A DNA stretch of 64,000 nt from Promethearchaeota archaeon (GTDB taxonomy: Archaea > Asgardarchaeota > Lokiarchaeia > Sigyniarchaeales > SOKP01): NCBI GenBank assembly GCA_019058245.1, contig JAHPZJ010000010.1:78224-142223 (forward strand), read 5' to 3'. Below, in pieces: positions 61,738 to 64,000 of the stretch. Numbering within the stretch: the stretch's first letter is position 1; each line of letters begins with the position of its first letter. The notes beneath the pieces are model-generated. The model was not told the origin of the DNA. It did not search any database and was given only the letters and a program-made list of their open reading frames with translations. A program made the translations under genes and the position numbers.

Positions 61738-62132
61738 AAATGTCATCAATCTTTATAGCAGAAGATGATAACCAATTAAGAAGATTTTACAAAATGGCTT
61801 TAGAAAGTAAAGGTTATACGATATTAGGCCTAACAGGTGATGGAGAAGAAGCCATTTCATTATTCAAGAATTTAAATAAAAAACCAGATATTATAATTTT
61901 GGATTATCGAATACCAAATAAAAATGGTATTCAAATCCTTGAAGAAATCTTAAAGATTGAAAATACTGCAAAAATAATATTTGCTACTGCAGATAATAAA
62001 ATTAAGATTGAAGCTTTGTCCAAAGGAGCAAAATTTTTTTTAGAAAAACCATTTTCTTTAGAAAAATTATATAAAACTGTTTTAAAATTATTGAATAGAA
62101 AGGACATTAAAAATAATAGTATTTTAAGTTAG
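61734..62132 (+). CDS. Single-domain response regulator
   Basis: AEDD, ILDYRIP, ATA, EKPF; ATGA overlap with the kinase. Confidence 0.92.
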   Translation: MKMSSIFIAEDDNQLRRFYKMALESKGYTILGLTGDGEEAISLFKNLNKKPDIIILDYRIPNKNGIQILEEILKIENTAKIIFATADNKIKIEALSKGAKFFLEKPFSLEKLYKTVLKLLNRKDIKNNSILS

Positions 62133-62345
62133 AATTTGTAGATGTAAAACTCATTTCAAAAATAAAGTGTTCTTATTGTAATGTACCTTTTTGGAATAAA
62201 AAAGATTTAAATATAAGTTTTTTTATAGAAATTTCAATCTTTTTAGTATTGTAATCCAAATTTTACCCTAAAATATAATTAACTTTTTATAAGAAAAATA
62301 AAAAAATTCAATAAAAACGATTAACATCATAATTGGTGACAAACA

Positions 62346-63083
62346 ATAGAGAAAAAAGGTGTATTAGATACATATGGAGATATCTTAATTCATGATTTTG
62401 GGACTATTCTTCATATTATTCAGTCTTCTCTCCAACTTTGCTCGTTTTCTTTAACCAAACCTGAACAAATGAGGATATATATGAATATTATAAATAAACA
62501 GGTGATGAGGGGAATTCAAATTATTTCAAATGTGAAAAAAGTTACTAATTTTAATAATTCTAAGAATTCTCTTCAACCTATTGATGTTCTTCATATATTA
62601 AAATCATCCATAGAATATATTGAATCATCATTTCAAGAAAATAATGTAAAAATTAATTTTAACTATTCATGCATACAAAAATCATATTTTAATGGATTAT
62701 ATGTTCAAGGAGATAAATTATTACAGAATGTATTTGAGAATATTTTATTTAATGCAATATATCACAATGACAACTCAAATATTCAAATATTAGTTAAAGT
62801 TTCAAAAATAATTTTGAATAATGATTTTTTTGTTAAAATCGAATTTATTGATAACGGAGTTGGTATTACTAATGCTAGGAAAAAATATATTTTTCAAAAA
62901 GGTTATGAAATCCAAGAATGCTTGAATGGAATGGGTTTTGGATTAACTCTTGTTAAAAAATTAATAGAGAAATATAATGGTTATATCTGGGTGGAAGATA
63001 AAGTGAAAGGGGATTATAAAAAGGGTAGTAATTTCATAATTTTGATTCCTGAGATAAACGAAAAACCTTACGTTCTTACTTAA
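62346..63083 (+). CDS. Soluble sensor-less histidine kinase (probable ATA start 62346)
   Basis: H-box LIHDFGTIL lies upstream of the track's ATG; ENILFNAI, DNGVGI, GMGFGL. Confidence 0.82.
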   Translation: MEKKGVLDTYGDILIHDFGTILHIIQSSLQLCSFSLTKPEQMRIYMNIINKQVMRGIQIISNVKKVTNFNNSKNSLQPIDVLHILKSSIEYIESSFQENNVKINFNYSCIQKSYFNGLYVQGDKLLQNVFENILFNAIYHNDNSNIQILVKVSKIILNNDFFVKIEFIDNGVGITNARKKYIFQKGYEIQECLNGMGFGLTLVKKLIEKYNGYIWVEDKVKGDYKKGSNFIILIPEINEKPYVLT

Positions 63084-63329
63084 GGAAAATGTCATAATTC
63101 AAAATATTAAACAATAGTATGGAAAGAAAACTCCAGTTTGATTATTCAAGTCTAATTAGATCTTTCTTAATAATTACAAAACTAAGAAACTTTAAATTAT
63201 TTAATGAAATATAATAGCAGTAAATATTTAAAAAATTATAAAGAAATATCTGATTACAGAACAAATAAAAAAAGCTAAAAGTTTTAAAGTGTAGTACTAA
63301 TTAATCTAAGAGAGTATTGCATAAGATGA

Positions 63330-63710
63330 TCAGTTGAATAACAAATTTTTTACGATTTCTCTAAATTTTTTAGTGTTTATTGGCTTTGAGAAATATAAAC
63401 TAAAACCAGCTTCCTTAAAATAAATCTCTCTATCAACTTCCTTCTCAATAGGGGTTGAAGAAACCGCAATTATCGGAATATCTTTGAATTTTTCCATTGT
63501 TCTTAACTCTTTACATATCTCAACACCAGTTGTATTTGCCAGTTTATAGTCTAGAATAATCAGATCTGGATTACTCACTTTTAAGCTCTCTAAACCTTTT
63601 ATCCCATCTCTCTCCGTAATGATTTCTAAATTAGGGATACCATTAAAAATCGCTTTAAATAACTTTAAATTTCTCTCATAATCATCAATAATAAATACTT
63701 TTTTAACCAA
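63330..63710 (-). CDS. Single-domain response regulator
   Basis: IIDD, ILDYKL, IAVSS, SKP. Confidence 0.9.
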   Translation of the reverse strand: MVKKVFIIDDYERNLKLFKAIFNGIPNLEIITERDGIKGLESLKVSNPDLIILDYKLANTTGVEICKELRTMEKFKDIPIIAVSSTPIEKEVDREIYFKEAGFSLYFSKPINTKKFREIVKNLLFN

Positions 63711-63714
63711 ATCT

Positions 63715-64000
63715 TTACCCTTCTTTTAAATCTTTAGGAATTGTAAATGAAAATGTGGACCCTTTTCCTAATTCGCTTGTAAAGCTGATAGTTCCACCAT
63801 GAAGTTCAACTAATCTTTTTGTAACAGAAAGGCCGAGTCCAGTTCCTTCTGTTGAATTTACATGGGGATCGTCAATTCTTTTAAAATCTATAAAAATAAA
63901 ACCAAAATTTTCCTTAGCTATACCAATACCTGTATCAATCACGTTAAATGTCCATAACTTCTCATCTTCAGAAATTTTCAAAGTGATAGTGCCTTTTAAT
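63715..64000 (-). CDS. C-terminal HATPase_c of a histidine kinase (partial)
   Basis: [23 protein letters not shown]; frame open to the right edge. Confidence 0.9.
   Translation of the reverse strand, partial: LKGTITLKISEDEKLWTFNVIDTGIGIAKENFGFIFIDFKRIDDPHVNSTEGTGLGLSVTKRLVELHGGTISFTSELGKGSTFSFTIPKDLKEG

Noticed and set aside
1-64000. CRISPR array, transposase/integrase, rRNA, selenoprotein
   Set aside because: No regularly spaced repeats, no mobile-element motifs, no rRNA-length conserved blocks, and no conserved in-frame UGA seen

Overview
Very AT-rich archaeal chromosome segment. It is most likely from a Lokiarchaeia (Asgard) genome, judged from the archaeal ribosomal cluster S19e-L39e-L31e-eIF6-LX-pfdA-ftsY-secE, S26e, TFB, ArcS/RaSEA, and several roadblock-, longin- and SCP2-domain genes. 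Most genes are housekeeping, with two-component genes at the right end. I saw no CRISPR array or transposase. Four tRNA genes are present, two of which carry two non-canonical bulge-helix-bulge (BHB) introns each. Main observations that the ORF track misses: (1) ahcY is split by a 32-nt insertion (42840-42871) that folds into a BHB motif whose predicted cut sites restore the reading frame exactly, i.e. a candidate tRNA-type intron in an mRNA. (2) A ~310-nt structured RNA with its own TATA box (50876-51185, minus) has three H/ACA-like hairpins. (3) Six genes, including ribosomal protein S26e, appear to start at AUA/AUU codons. (4) A diverged, decayed copy of the ahcY 3' end flanks an MFS gene, suggesting an allele-replacement or integration scar. 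All folds, alignments and family assignments were done by eye; no searches were run.
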